Positions 1-11,400 of a stretch of 64,000 nt of DNA are shown in pieces. Position numbers and translations under genes: made by a program. How positions within the stretch are numbered: position 1 is the stretch's first letter; the number at the start of each line of letters is the position of its first letter. The notes beneath the pieces were generated by a model. It searched no databases. It was given only the letters and a program-made list of their open reading frames with translations, and was not told the origin of the DNA. Origin of the DNA: Heteronotia binoei (lineage: Eukaryota); contig NC_083227.1 in the NCBI RefSeq assembly GCF_032191835.1, forward strand, positions 30,690,001 to 30,754,000, written 5' to 3'.

Positions 1-286
1 GATGATGCCTTGATCTAACAGTGGACAGCAGTCCATGCACAGATATGAAAGTAAGAATTTCTGGCTGTATTTGCAACCGGTTCCCTCCTGCCCTTAATCT
101 CCTGTGCCTCCTTTCCTCTTGTTCCAGAATCCAGATCTCTTTGTTTTTACTTCCCCATTGGAATTTTATATTGCAGTTTTGGGGGACCTGCAACTCACCA
201 CCTCCACCCCTAGTATCAGACTCCTTCCTTCCTTCCTCTGTCAGCTCACAGTTGGTTTACAGTAACTCCATAGGGATTTCATAGGT

Positions 287-643
287 CAGGGGTGGCCAAT
301 GGTAGCTCTCCAGATTTTTTTGCCTACAACTCCAGATGTTTTTGCCTACACAGGAGATGGTGGCAGCTACAAGCATAGCCAGCTTTAAGAGGGGATTGGA
401 TAAAAATATGGAGCAGAGGTCCATCAGTGGCTATTAGCCACAGTGTGTGTGTGTGTGTATACACACACACATATATTGGCCACTGTGTGACACAGAGTGT
501 TGGACTGGATGGGCCATTGCCTGATCCAACATGGCTTCTCTTATGTTCTTAACTCCCATCAGCCCCAGCCATTGGCCATGCTGGCTGGGGCTCATGGGAG
601 TTGTAGGCAAAAACATCTGGAGAGCTACTGTTGGCCACCCCTG
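287..643. mobile_element. hAT-type MITE with a nested CR1 3' fragment (~351-553)
   Basis: TIRs caggggtggccaa / ttggccacccctg; 8-bp TSD tcataggt (279-286) / tcataggc (644-651); interior has CR1-like 3' UTR ending ttctcttatgttctt. Confidence 0.8.
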
Positions 644-1285
644 TCATAGGCTAAAGATGTTCATTGGTGCTTTGCAATTGCTATTGCCTGCCTCTGCATA
701 GCAGCCCCAGGCTTCCTTGGTCTCCCATCAAAAGAGAGACTGAGGCTGACCCTGCTTAGCTTCTGAGATCTGACAAGATCAGGGTAGCTCAAACCATCCA
801 GGTTCTGGGTTAGAAAATCCACACTTTAACAGGAGGGGGCAGAGCAAGAAAGAACTTAATAAGTCTTTTCCCCATTTCTGCATTTTTCTGTCCCTGTCTA
901 GGATGGAGAGAACTCTGCCTGTTTAACCCCTTGAGCATCAGCTTGTGAGCAAGCAGAGGATACCTTAATCATTGTGTGATTTAAAAGAGATGAATAATAA
1001 AGGGGGGGGGAGACTACAGACAAGACAGAGCTGCCATTTACACCTATGGTGGAGAACTGCTGCATCTTTGAGGTTCTAGGTTCAAATCCCCCATGGAAAT
1101 CAAACCACTAAAGCCAGTGCAAACATATCGTGCACCTTAGTCCCATTAATTTCAAGGGGCTTGGCCGATGCCCTGGATCTCGGTGTCTTCTCGGAATACA
1201 GAAGATACGATGCTCCCTTCATCTCTTCTCCTCAGATCCCTCCGCCCCTCCCCTCCTCCCTCATCCATGAGCTCTGATCTCGGAT

Positions 1286-1492
1286 TAGTTGGGCTTGGCT
1301 CCTTTTGCTTCAGTCAAGTAATGGGAAGCGGAAAGGAAGGAGGGACCAGCCAGGAGCACCCAAAACAAACACCTGGAAACTGCCGAGGAGGCACTGAGGG
1401 AGTCCTCCCACCCCACGAGGAGGGGACCAGATCGCTGGTGAAGGAGAGCCGCAGGAGGAGGGTGAAGACGGGAATGGAAAAGAACTGAGCAG
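1286..1492 (+). promoter_or_regulatory. Putative promoter and non-coding first exon of ZNF gene 1
   Basis: ETS-like ggaagcggaaa at ~1324, homologous to the block at 29675-29728 on the opposite strand; donor ag|gtgagc at 1492/1493. Confidence 0.5.
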
Positions 1493-3164
1493 GTGAGCAA
1501 ATTCAGTAGACCACCCTGCAGGAGGAGGAGGAACGGACAGCCATAGAGCCCCTTCCTTGAGTTGCTGTCATTGATCACAGTAGCATATAGGGAATTGCTA
1601 GTATTGAGTCAGATCCTGAGAGAAAGGGGTCTTTCCTGACACCCATTAAATGGAGAGGCCACGGCTTGGGCTTGGCATCTTCAGCTTGTATCAAAAGGAA
1701 ACTGACTTAGAATGAGCCAGATTGTTGACCTGACTAGCCCAACTGGCTAAGGTCTCGAACAGAAGGACCTTTCCTAGCACTTTTACCTGAGATCTTTTAA
1801 CTAGAAACACAGAAGTGAGTCTGCAACTTCCTTGGGAGTACAAGATCAGATTCTGCAGAACACCAAAAACAAAGGTAAATCCCCCATCTTATATTTTTAT
1901 TTCTCCAAAACACGATGAATGGTGCTCATCTTTCCACAGATTTATCTGCCTCGTCAGAACTGTTCCTTTGACCCTGATAATACTAAGAATATCTTCCCAG
2001 TAATGACACCTGCCTCAAGGCTAGTGTTGGTGGGAGCAAACCACCCCCACCCCAACAATCTGCTGGCATCCCAGAAAGAAATAAAATGAATTTCAGCATC
2101 AGCTTTTGTAAGTCAGAGCTCCCTTCATCAGGTTGGCAGGACTCTGTTTTCTTCCAACAAGCTGCTGCTGTTTTCAAAGGTAGGTGCTATTTTCAAATGT
2201 AGCATCAGTTCTGTACCTCACCCATCGCCACTCATCTTTTAAGCAGCATAACAGAATAACTTTAATTACTTTGGAAGCAAGAGGAACATCATTGTTTTAA
2301 CATTTTGTTGGTGATCTTTTACCCATAATTCCTAAGAGCAGGGAAATTCCAAGATACATGCAGTAGATTTAAAGATGTAGAAAGCAGCTTCCAACAACCT
2401 CTATATATATTCAAGCCAGCTAACTTTTATGTATTTAAAGCATTTCTGTGCTGCCTTTTGACCCAATTCTGGGTCACCAAGACAGCAAACATTAAAACAT
2501 GTCAAACATTAGAAACAGTATTTAAATTACAAATATATTTAATATTTAAAACAATGAAACAGAGCACATATAATCACACAAATGAGGAGGGCTAATAAAA
2601 ACTAGTTAGAAGATGCCAAACAAAATGAAAAAGGGTAAGGTACCATTAATTTTTAGATTCTAGGATAAACAGTCTCAAAAGTACTTGATCGCAAATCCAG
2701 AGTGATTCTTTTGTTTTCTGTGTTGCTGTAGCTCACCCTCCCAATTACATAATATATCTTGGTGGGGAATTGCAGTTATATTTCATTGAGGGGCATCTTG
2801 TTTAACATTTGATAGGGTCCCTGATGGGGTTGGAGATGAAGTGGCTTCAACTAGGTGACAAAGTATTTTTTAAAACCAAAATAACCACCTTCCACAGTGT
2901 GCTTTGAGGAAGCCAAAGCTCAAAAGTGTCAGGAGGAAAGGCTGATTTATGGATACAGGATCTGAGTTGGGGGGCGGGCGGGCATGGCAACCTTTTTGCC
3001 AGCTATTTCCATCCTTTCTGAGGGGTAAGGAGTTTCCTTGAACAAATACACCCATTTTTCTCCAAGTCACCTCCACCACCATTTTCAGTGTAAAAAAAGT
3101 AATAACTTGGTTGTTGTTTGATTGTGTATATGCAAACTGTCCCCTCACTCTGCATTTTCCGGGG

Positions 3165-3365
3165 TGAGGCTGTGGCTCAAGTAGCAGAGCACCTGCTTTG
3201 CATGCAGAAGGTCCCAGGTTCAATCCCAGAAACCTCCAGTTTTTTTTAAAAAGGTTCAGCTAGGAGGTAATGTGAAAGACTTCTGCCTAAAACCATGGAG
3301 TCAGAGGAGACAATACTGACCTTGATACACCAGTGATCTGACTCTGTACAAGGCAGTGTTTTAAG
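3165..3365 (+). mobile_element. tRNA-derived SINE (tRNA-Ala-like head)
   Basis: Head ggggtgaggctgtggctcaagtagcagagc...gtcccaggttcaatccc with A/B boxes; body shared with 61860-62070, 37088-37290 and 21935-22085. Confidence 0.7.
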
Positions 3366-3818
3366 TATGAGTTCATTGCTCCTGGCTAGGCTGATGTTAT
3401 AGAATGTTCTCAAGAATTCCAACTGCTGCAAGGGATAGCAGAATAGGAGAGCAGAGGCAGAAGTGAGTTTGATGACGGGGGATGCTGTGGAGAGTGCCCT
3501 TGGAGGCAATGGCAAGAAATTTAAGGCAGAGTGCTAAGGAAACAGGAAAGGGGGTGGGAAGTTAAGGACTCGACAGACTAATGGGAACAGGAGGGCACTG
3601 AGGCGGGGGGAATCGTACTGGGCCTGTTTGGGCTGGGCTGGTCATTTGTTCTGGGGCCAGTTTACACATGCATTTATTTTTGTCCCTCATTGACTACAGC
3701 ATCAACCAATGACCACTGCTCAGGATGAAGGACCAAATTATCATGTTATCAATTTCCATGGAGAAATCCGTGGAGGTGACCTGCTTGGATTGTCTAAATA
3801 TCACCTTTTCCTTCTCAG

Positions 3819-3907
3819 GTTTCCTGATGTCGTTATGAAAAAGGAAGAGGAAGACCCACAGCCTCAGTGCTCTGAGGGAAATAAGAGCTTCCCAGGAGTC
3901 TCTTCAG
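3819..3907 (+). CDS. ZNF gene 1, KRAB-B-like exon 1 (probable ATG at 3835: MKKEEEDPQPQCSEGNKSFPGVSS)
   Basis: Acceptor ccttttccttctcag|, donor tcag|gtaaga; FPDVVMKKEEEDP resembles the three downstream exons; the 5' end is 1 nt short of phase-1 entry. Confidence 0.55.
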
Positions 3908-3939
3908 GTAAGACACAAATTCATTTAGAGTAACATCTA

Positions 3940-4726
3940 GGAAGCCTCTGTAAGGGCGGATCATAAGGCACACTTTGTGTGGTTATAAAGATAGGTGGAA
4001 GAGACTCCTGTGTGCTGTGACCTTTCGGAAAGGCCATCCCCGCAGCTGATCCGCTCTGCAGACTGTATACGAGGAATCCACACTGCAGGTAGCATGATCA
4101 TCTGTGTTTATGTTAGCCTTGGAACTTTTCTGTACTGCCAGTCTTTGGACCTCCTGTGACAATTCCACAAGGCAGCTCTTAATTTCTTTCAATGAATGAA
4201 AGATATTAGCTACTGTTAGAGCTGTGAGTTCAGGATAATTGCACACAGCTGCCTTCGTTGGCTCTGCAACTAAGGTAGCCTCTGTCTCTTCCCCTGCGTC
4301 ACTTTCGTCACTTTCAATTCCTGCCAGAGGTGAGTAACGACTGGAAATAGGAATGGAATATAAATCATTTTTACCAGCAGTAAAGTAATCTATCTTTGTT
4401 TGCTTCTGGGCTGGTTGTAAATTTAATTCTTCAAACTCCCGAGACCATTTGGCTACTCCCATAATTATAGCCGTAGAAAAAGCATTTCGTTAGACACTTT
4501 AAGTCAAACACTAAGTCAGCGAGTAGGACAGCTGGCCCAAGAACTAAAAGCCCGTTATCAGTAGGGAAAAAAGAACATATAGAGCCAATTAAAACTTGCG
4601 ATATCCAGAACATATAGAGCCAATTAAAACTTGCGATATCCAGAACATATAGAGCCAATTAAAACTTGCGATATCCAGAGAAGCTTGCTGCCGCCATCTT
4701 CAGACTGGAACTCTTCCAGAGCTTCC
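3940..4726 (-). mobile_element. LINE 5' end only (5' UTR plus ORF1 N-terminus) flanked by a 14-bp TSD
   Basis: TSD tagagtaacatcta at 3926-3939 and 4727-4740; YY1-like ccgccatctt at 4691-4700; ORF 4462-3983 with acidic and coiled-coil-like segments; no RT and no 3' tail. Confidence 0.6.
4574..4678. repeat. Tandem repeat, 3 x 35 bp, perfect
   Basis: aacatatagagccaattaaaacttgcgatatccag starting at 4574, 4609 and 4644, within the putative LINE 5' UTR. Confidence 0.95.
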
Positions 4727-5109
4727 TAGAGTAACATCTAATTTGTTAGCACCAACTGTATATTTTTTTAACTTGTATTGTTTAATGGTTCTTATTGATT
4801 TTATGATTGCGATCATAGTATACTATGATTTGATGTAAGCCGCCCTGAGCCCACCTTGGTGGGGAGGGCGGGGTATAAATAGAATTAAACATAAACATAA
4901 AATAAACATAAAAAAACATCAAAAAGGCTGAACATTCTGAATTTGAATCTTGCTTATGCCTGAATGGCTTGTGTGGGAGAGTGTGGACCTCACAGACAAG
5001 TTGTTTCACCATGGGAGGAGGTGAAATTTACCCAGCTGACCCAAGCTCCTTCAAAGAAACAGCATTCTTTTTATCAAAGATTTCAGGTTTTCATGGCTGG
5101 CATCATCAT

Positions 5110-5290
5110 TAGGGTTTGTACAATCTTTCGGGCTCAAGTGCCGTGTTCTACTGGAGAAAGTTTTTCTTCCAGACGTTTCGTTCTCAGCTGCAGAGAACAT
5201 CCTCAGTGGCATTGCAGCCGGAGCAGGCGCTCTGACCTTCTTGGCTGCTGTGCATTGAGTGAGGCCAGGGCTGCTGGAGAGCTGCTATTT
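5110..5290 (-). mobile_element. Penelope-like element fragment
   Basis: Carries a canonical PLE-type minimal hammerhead at 5172-5206. Confidence 0.6.
5172..5206 (-). ncRNA. Minimal type I hammerhead ribozyme motif (Penelope type)
   Basis: Minus strand reads cca-CTGAGGA-t-gttctc-tgcagct-gagaac-GAAAC-GTC-tgg: intact core, 6-bp stem II, palindromic ACGU stem III, GUC site, 3-bp stem I. Confidence 0.75.
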
Positions 5291-5625
5291 CTTTTTCCCT
5301 GAAAAGAGACACAATCCTCCTTTCTACTGGAAACTTACACAAATATGCACTTTTAGTCTTGGGAAAGGTAAAATTTCTGTTATCTTGCAACATGCTGTTC
5401 TTCAAATTAATAAGGCTAGATTTTTCTTGATCAGCTGCTCCAATTTGCTATGGACTTAGGGGGAGCCTTGGGAATCTTGCTTGTTAGACTAACTCCAGAA
5501 CTCAGATTACCCACACTAAATAAACATAGGCCATTAAAGTTACCACCTCCAGGATGAGAAATTCCTGGAGATTTGTGGTTGGAGCCTGGGGAGGATTTGG
5601 GAAGGGGAGAGATATCAGCAGGGTA

Positions 5626-5796
5626 CAGGGTTTTTTTTGTAGCAGGAACTCCTTTGCCTATTAGGTCACACACCCCGATGTAGTCAGTCCTCCAAGAGCT
5701 AACAGTAAGAAGAGCCCTGTAAGCTCTTGAAGGATTGGCTACATCAGGGGGTGTGGTCTGATATGCAAAGGAGTTCCAGCTACAAAAAAAGCTCTG
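5626..5796. mobile_element. Palindromic hAT-type MITE
   Basis: Long imperfect TIRs cagggttttttttgtagcaggaactcctttgc / gcaaaggagttccagctacaaaaaaagctctg; TSD gcagggta / ccagggta (7 of 8). Confidence 0.75.
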
Positions 5797-6145
5797 CCAG
5801 GGTATCATGTTGTAGCATCCACCCTCCAAAGCAGCAATTTTCTCCAGGGGAAATATTATCTCTTGTCTGGAGATCAGCTGTAATTCTGGGAGATCTCCGG
5901 ACCCTTCTTGGAGCTTGGGAACCTTACCCAAGGTGGGGCTTGTATGTGGGTGGGCACAGACCACCATGACATCAAATTAATAAAAGAGGGGAATTAAGTT
6001 GTTATCAAAGTCCTGGGTTACAAAAGTCATATAATCAAGCAAACATTAACACTTACTGAGCAAAGGGAAAATTAAATTTATTAAGAGGTAGGCAGAATAG
6101 TCCTTTAATTAGCACATGTGTTTCATCTCTTTCTCTTGCTGTAGG

Positions 6146-6754
6146 TAGGGTTGCCAAATCCAACCCCAGAAATATCTGGGGACTTTGGGGGTGGAGCCAG
6201 GAGACACTGGGGTGGAGCTAGGGAGGAGGGGGGAAACGGCGCCGGGGAGCGTGGCGAGCCGCCCCGCCGCTGCCGCCTCTGCTCCGCTTGCCGTGGCTGC
6301 TCCTCTGAGATGGGCTCAGCCTGAGCCCATCTTGGAGGAGCAGCCACGGCGAGCAGAGTAGAGGTGGCAGCGGCGCGGCGGCCTCGCCCGCTCCGCCTCT
6401 GGGATGGAAGCGGGGGGGTGTGGAGGTGGGCCGAGAGTGTGGCGAGCTGCAAGTCCGGGTCCTAGAAGGGCCCGAATTCTCGGCTCGCCATGCTCCTGGC
6501 CTGCCTCGCCCTCCCCCGCGCTGCTGCCGCCTCTTGGCTGCTCCTCCGAGATGGGCTCAGCCTGGGCCATCTCGGAGGAGAAACTGCGGTGGGCGGGGAG
6601 GGGACGGCAGCGGCGCAGCGGCCTCGCCGGCTCCAGGATCCGGCGGCTCGGCGCCGTTTCCCCCCTCTCCCCCCGCTTCCATTTTTTGGGGGAGCGGGGG
6701 AAGAGGGTGGAAATCCTGGGGTCCCCCACCAGGGCGGGAGGGTTGGGAAGCCTA
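6146..6754. mobile_element. GC-rich hAT MITE (TAGGG-end family) with 2 internal hairpin units
   Basis: Ends tagggttgccaa / ttgggaagccta; perfect 8-bp TSD gctgtagg at 6138-6145 and 6755-6762. Confidence 0.9.
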
Positions 6755-7551
6755 GCTGTAGGTGTTCTCATGAAGCCGCAGGCCATATATTTGCTTCTCC
6801 CTTTCCAAGCCATTCCTGGTTTTTAAAACAAGCCAAATCCCTCTCTTCTTCCCCCTAACCTAATGGTTTTTGGTGTCACCAAGTCACTTCTGCTTATGGA
6901 AATCCTGACTCTGAGCTTTAATAGAGTGCAAATGACCTTCCAAATTTGTAACGTTTATGTCTGGAATGACATATTAACTTCACAACAGCTTTAAGCAAAC
7001 CAGCTTCAGAGACAGCATGGTCAGAGTGTTGGACAAGGCCCCATATTTATACCCTGCTGTGCTACGGAAACTTGTGGGGTGACCTTGGGCCAGGCACACA
7101 CACTTAGCTTAGTAAACCTCATAGTGTTGCTGGTAGGATGAAATGGAGAAGGGTAGAGTGCTGAAGGCCATTTTTGGTTTGCATTGGGGGGAAGTGGAGT
7201 ATAAATGAGGTAAATAAATATTAGTAGCAGTATTTCTCATATACTTTTCTCTGAACTGTTGATTTTGGAATTTTTTCAAAACAGGATGATATGGCTAAAA
7301 AGTCCTGATTTTATTTCTCCCTTTGTGAATCTTGAAATGGGGTGACCAATAAATGTCTGCAGAGGTTCCTACCCCTTTTCCTGTCTCACACTGTTACGTG
7401 GCATCCTTTCTTGCCATCCTTTCTTGTTACTTCTGGTGCTCCATTCAAACACCCTGAAGCTCTTGATGCTGTTTGGGGGAACAGGTCTGGTTTCCCAGAG
7501 GCCATCATCCCAAAACCACCTGTGACTTCTTCCAATCTGTCTCCCGTTTAG

Positions 7552-7650
7552 GATTTTTTGATGTGATAAAAAAGGAAGAGGATAAAGAGTATTGGGCCTT
7601 GGATCCCCATATCCCTGTGGAAAGTAAGATCTTCCCAGCATCTTGTTCAG
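7552..7650 (+). CDS. ZNF gene 1, KRAB-B-like exon 2 (GFFDVIKKEEDKEYWALDPHIPVESKIFPASCS)
   Basis: Acceptor ctcccgtttag|, donor tcag|gtgagt; 99 nt, phase 1-1, open frame. Confidence 0.7.
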
Positions 7651-8099
7651 GTGAGTTTTGAGTACACCTATCCTGGGACCTGCTGATAAATTTATTCTCT
7701 TGCTGTTGCAGATTTCTGCTTGGGGTAAGCAGATTACTTCCCATTGTTCTGAGGCATCTCAACTGAAAAATCCTCAGAAATGTAGAAGGCTGACTAGATT
7801 TTTGTCGTCTAATGCAGTTCTATTATACTTTTGATCATATTTTATCCTGCATTTAGCTCAGCCCTACACTTTCTGGCGCTCTAGGCAAGGCTAACTTCTG
7901 ACGCCCCCCCCCACTACACTGATAATGTCACTGAGTCACATGGGGGGCAACCAATTTGGTGCCCCCAGAAGGCCAGCGCCCTAGGCATTTGCCTAGTGGC
8001 AGGGTTGGCCCTGCAGAGAGGGACACATCATTCTCCCCTCCTCCACTTGATCCTCCCTGTGACTTAGATTAGGCTGAGAGAGAAGAACAATGGGCTCAA

Positions 8100-8338
8100 G
8101 CAAGAATCAGTGTGGTTGGTATTTAATCTGGAGAACTGGGTTTGATTCCCCACCCTTCCTGCACACAAAGCCTGCTGGGTGACCTTGGGCTGGTCACTGT
8201 TCTCTCAGAATTCTCTCAGCCCCACTTGCTTCATGAAGTGCCTGTTGTGAGGAGAAGGAAAGGAGATTATATGCTGCTTTGGGACTCTTTGAGGTAGAGA
8301 AAAGCAAGGTATAAAAACCTAATATTATTATTATTCTC
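8100..8338 (+). mobile_element. MIR/Squam3-like tRNA SINE (degraded)
   Basis: Similar to the cleaner copy at 25581-25858; (tta)n tail. Confidence 0.6.
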
Positions 8339-9407
8339 ATGGTCACAGTGAGCAATGTGGCAGTGGGAAGTAGGGTCCCCAGTCCTAGTCTGACATTCTA
8401 GGCCCTACATCAGAGTGGCTCTCTAAATATAGACTATCTAGGATTTACATCCAGGCCCACCTACACCCTAAGGGGGAACCAGACCAACAAGCCTTGGCAG
8501 TGTTGGCACTATTATAAGCAGTCGAGATGGCCATTCTGCAGCCCATATATTGTTCTTGGGCCTTCTCACTGAAGTGAACCTGCACCTGGATTGGAGTAGC
8601 TGCTTCAGACTACAGATGGGGACTCATACGCTTGAATGCTCCTATGTTAAATATCTTTACACAGAGAAAACTAGCATGTCAGGGAACAAAGTAGTCCAGA
8701 AGTCTTCCCTCTATTTCTGATGTGGAGAGCACCCCCCCCCCCCCCACAGTTACATGAATATTCATCTTCAGTTTTAAGTATGACAGCCCACAGAAAAGGT
8801 TATCCCCTCAGTGACAGAGAGGCTTCTCTCTGTCAAATGATTTCTGTGATCCTTTCATTAATGCAAGCAGAATAGTTTGTGGTGTTTGATCTGTGGAAAG
8901 AAACCTGTACAGTTTGGCATCTTGTAGAACCATTAGGCTCCATCACATTTTTTTTCAATCCCTCTCTTCCTCCAAGTTGCTGAGGGAGGTTCTTCTTTTT
9001 GCCTCTTTATCTTCCCAACAGCCCTACAAGGTAGGCTTGTTTCAGAGAGTGACCAGTCAAGGTCACTCAGTGAGCAGGGAGGGGCAGATTTGAACTTGCT
9101 TTTTCCAGATCTTTGTCTGATTCTCTAACCACTTCACATCACCAGGGGTAACAGCTTTTAAAATCTCCATCTATCCCTCTGACAAAATACCTGGTGATAT
9201 GGTTTCCCTCCATGCCATACAAAGCTTCACTTATGCATTTCCACACATTCTGCCTCTATTAAAGGGACAGGACTTTTCCCCATGGCCAGCTGGTACACTG
9301 GTTCCCAAAGTCAGCTTCCAAAGCCCTCTTTTCTTTCTAAAACATACAGCATGTCTCTGTTATGTTTATGGGAGAATATTTACATAATGCCTTGCAAGTA
9401 CCAAGAT

Positions 9408-9640
9408 GATGATGATGATGATGGATTTATACCCCGCCCTTAACTCTGAATCTCAGAGTCCCACAACAGACACCCTGTGAGGTAGATGGGGCTAAGAGAG
9501 CTCTCACAGAAGCAGCCCTTTCAAGAACAGCTCTATGAGAGCTATGGCTGACCCAAGGCCTTCCAGCAGCTACAAGTGGAAGAGCAGGGAATCAGATCCC
9601 ATTCTCTCAGATAAGGGTCCACACACTTAACCACTACAGC
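9408..9640 (-). mobile_element. MIR/Squam3-like tRNA SINE
   Basis: Reverse complement of the 25581-25858 family; (gat)n tail on the + strand. Confidence 0.7.
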
Positions 9641-9697
9641 TCTCCAATTGCTTTAAATTGCTTCCGTTTTAAAGATACTCCTTTTCTTTCTGAGCAG

Positions 9698-9811
9698 AAT
9701 TTCGCAGTCCCAAAGTCAATGTAACATCCTGGCTTGAACAAGAAGAAAAACCAGCTGCTCTCCGTCATCCACGACCAGAGGAAAATGAGGTTGTCTCAGA
9801 CAACAACACAG
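9698..9811 (+). CDS. ZNF gene 1, KRAB-B-like exon 3 (EFRSPKVNVTSWLEQEEKP...)
   Basis: Acceptor cttttctttctgagcag|, donor acag|gtgagg; 114 nt, phase 1-1; PKxxxxSWLEQEE is the closest match to the KRAB-B pattern PKPDLISxLEQGEEP. Confidence 0.8.
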
Positions 9812-9953
9812 GTGAGGGAATCCCATGATGCAACTGCAGCCCAGCCTATGTGAGCTGCCTAACAGCAGCTGCCGGGAACTTACCTCCACAATTGCCACAG
9901 GGCCTCACTTGGATCATACTATGATGTAGGAGATGAGGCTTCAGACCCCCACC

Positions 9954-11400
9954 CAGGGGCGGATTAACCATTAGGCAGACAAAGCACGTGTTTAGGGCAC
10001 CAGGGCCAAAGGGGGCACCACAAAGTTGGAAAAGGGTGAAAAAAAAAAAGAATGAAGATTTGTAAAAAAAAAAAATTGATAAAACTAGTGCAAGTTGATT
10101 ATGGTGCACCCTAGGGTTATCTTCTATTTTTTGCTGGCGAGATGCAGTGTCATAGGCTATGTTTAAAAGTAAAATTATGGAGTCAAATTCAGTGGTCATG
10201 ACAGTAATTTCAATGACCCTCTCTGCCCCTTTTTAATTTCAGCACCATGTAAACGTCAAAAATGAAGCGTGTTCAGTTGAGTGGTGTGCAAAAGAGAAAA
10301 CGTGTAAAAGAATGAGCAAAAGAATCTGTCTATTGTAGCCAAGAGAGGAAAGCTGACAGATTTCTTCTTACAAACTGCAGAGAAAGATGGTCCATATCAA
10401 AACCAGTATCAGTCTTTAGAGACAGGAAGTGAATCAAATTATCTCCTTCAACAGAAACAGGCAGTGTTGGTGCAAGGCCAGATTTTCATGATAACATTGC
10501 ACAAGATGAAGTGCCACAACCTGGACCGACTTCCATGACAAGATGTGTAAATGCTTTTGAACCGTCCAAGGAGTTTAGAGAACTGACCAAGGATGAAATG
10601 AACAAAGCTAAGGACCCAGGGTTGTGGGATGAATTTTATGGTGATGATGTGACTTATTGGGGTGCTTGTGGACTCAGTGAATGTCAGCACCACAATGGGC
10701 CATTTCACAAATCGTGTCACAATTTCATCAGTGGGAAACCAAAGAGATACTGTTCACAGAAGATATTTTTTGGAATAAAAGCCAATGGTGAACACTACAA
10801 GAAAGAATGGCTTTTGTACTCTCCTTCAAAAGGATCAGTTTACTGTTTTGTTTGTAAACTATTTGCACCCAAAGGGTCAACACATTTTGCTAGAAATGAG
10901 GAATTCAGTGACTGGTGAAACACTACTGTAATTGACAATCATGAAAAAAGTACAACTCACCGAGATGCCATGTTGACACATTTAACTTGGAAACAAGGCT
11001 TAGGCTTGACATATTTAACTTGGAAACAAGGCTTAGTCATTGGAAAAACAAATTGAAGAGGAGTACTGTTACTGGGAGAATGTGCTTCGGCGTGTTGTAG
11101 CAGTCATTTGCTCACTGGCTGAACGAGGATTGGCATTCCGAGGAAAAGTGGAAAAACTTGGGTCTTTCAATAATGGGAATTATTTGGGGCTACTTGAATT
11201 GATAAATCGGTTTGACCCATTCTTGGCTGCTCACATATCATGGTATGGCAATGCTGCAAAAGGCAACCCTTCGTACCTGTCCAAAACGATATGTGAGGAA
11301 CTTATTGAGTTAATGGCAAAGAAAGTGCACTCCGTCATCATTGATGAAATTAATGTTTCTGGGTACTTCAGTCTGTCTGTGGACTCAATGCCTGATACAT
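9954..11400 (+). mobile_element. hAT transposon 5' fragment (ZMYM1/Tip100-like transposase, degenerate, 3'-truncated)
   Basis: Left end caggggcggattaacc; ORF pieces WLLYSPSKGSVYCFVCKLF (TTF-type zinc finger) and RGLAFRG...NGNYLGLLELI...YLSKTI...SLSVDSMPD; stops and a ~33-bp duplication near 10979-11035. Confidence 0.8.

Noticed and set aside
22-50. Possible 29-nt micro-exon (aacag|...|gtaaga)
   Set aside because: No polypyrimidine tract is visible at the window edge and no partner exon or recognisable peptide was found.
2086-2179. ATG-containing exon upstream of ZNF gene 1 as a KRAB-A exon
   Set aside because: No KRAB-A similarity, and its phase-1 donor would be out of frame with the 3819 exon; at most a 5' UTR exon.
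4574-4678. 35-bp repeats (and the 46-bp repeats at 58392-58712) as CRISPR arrays
   Set aside because: They are head-to-tail with no unique spacers, in a vertebrate context with no cas genes.
6123-6858. Several overlapping 109-165-aa GC-rich ORFs
   Set aside because: They lie inside a TSD-bounded MITE; high GC content suppresses stop codons and the peptides are low-complexity.
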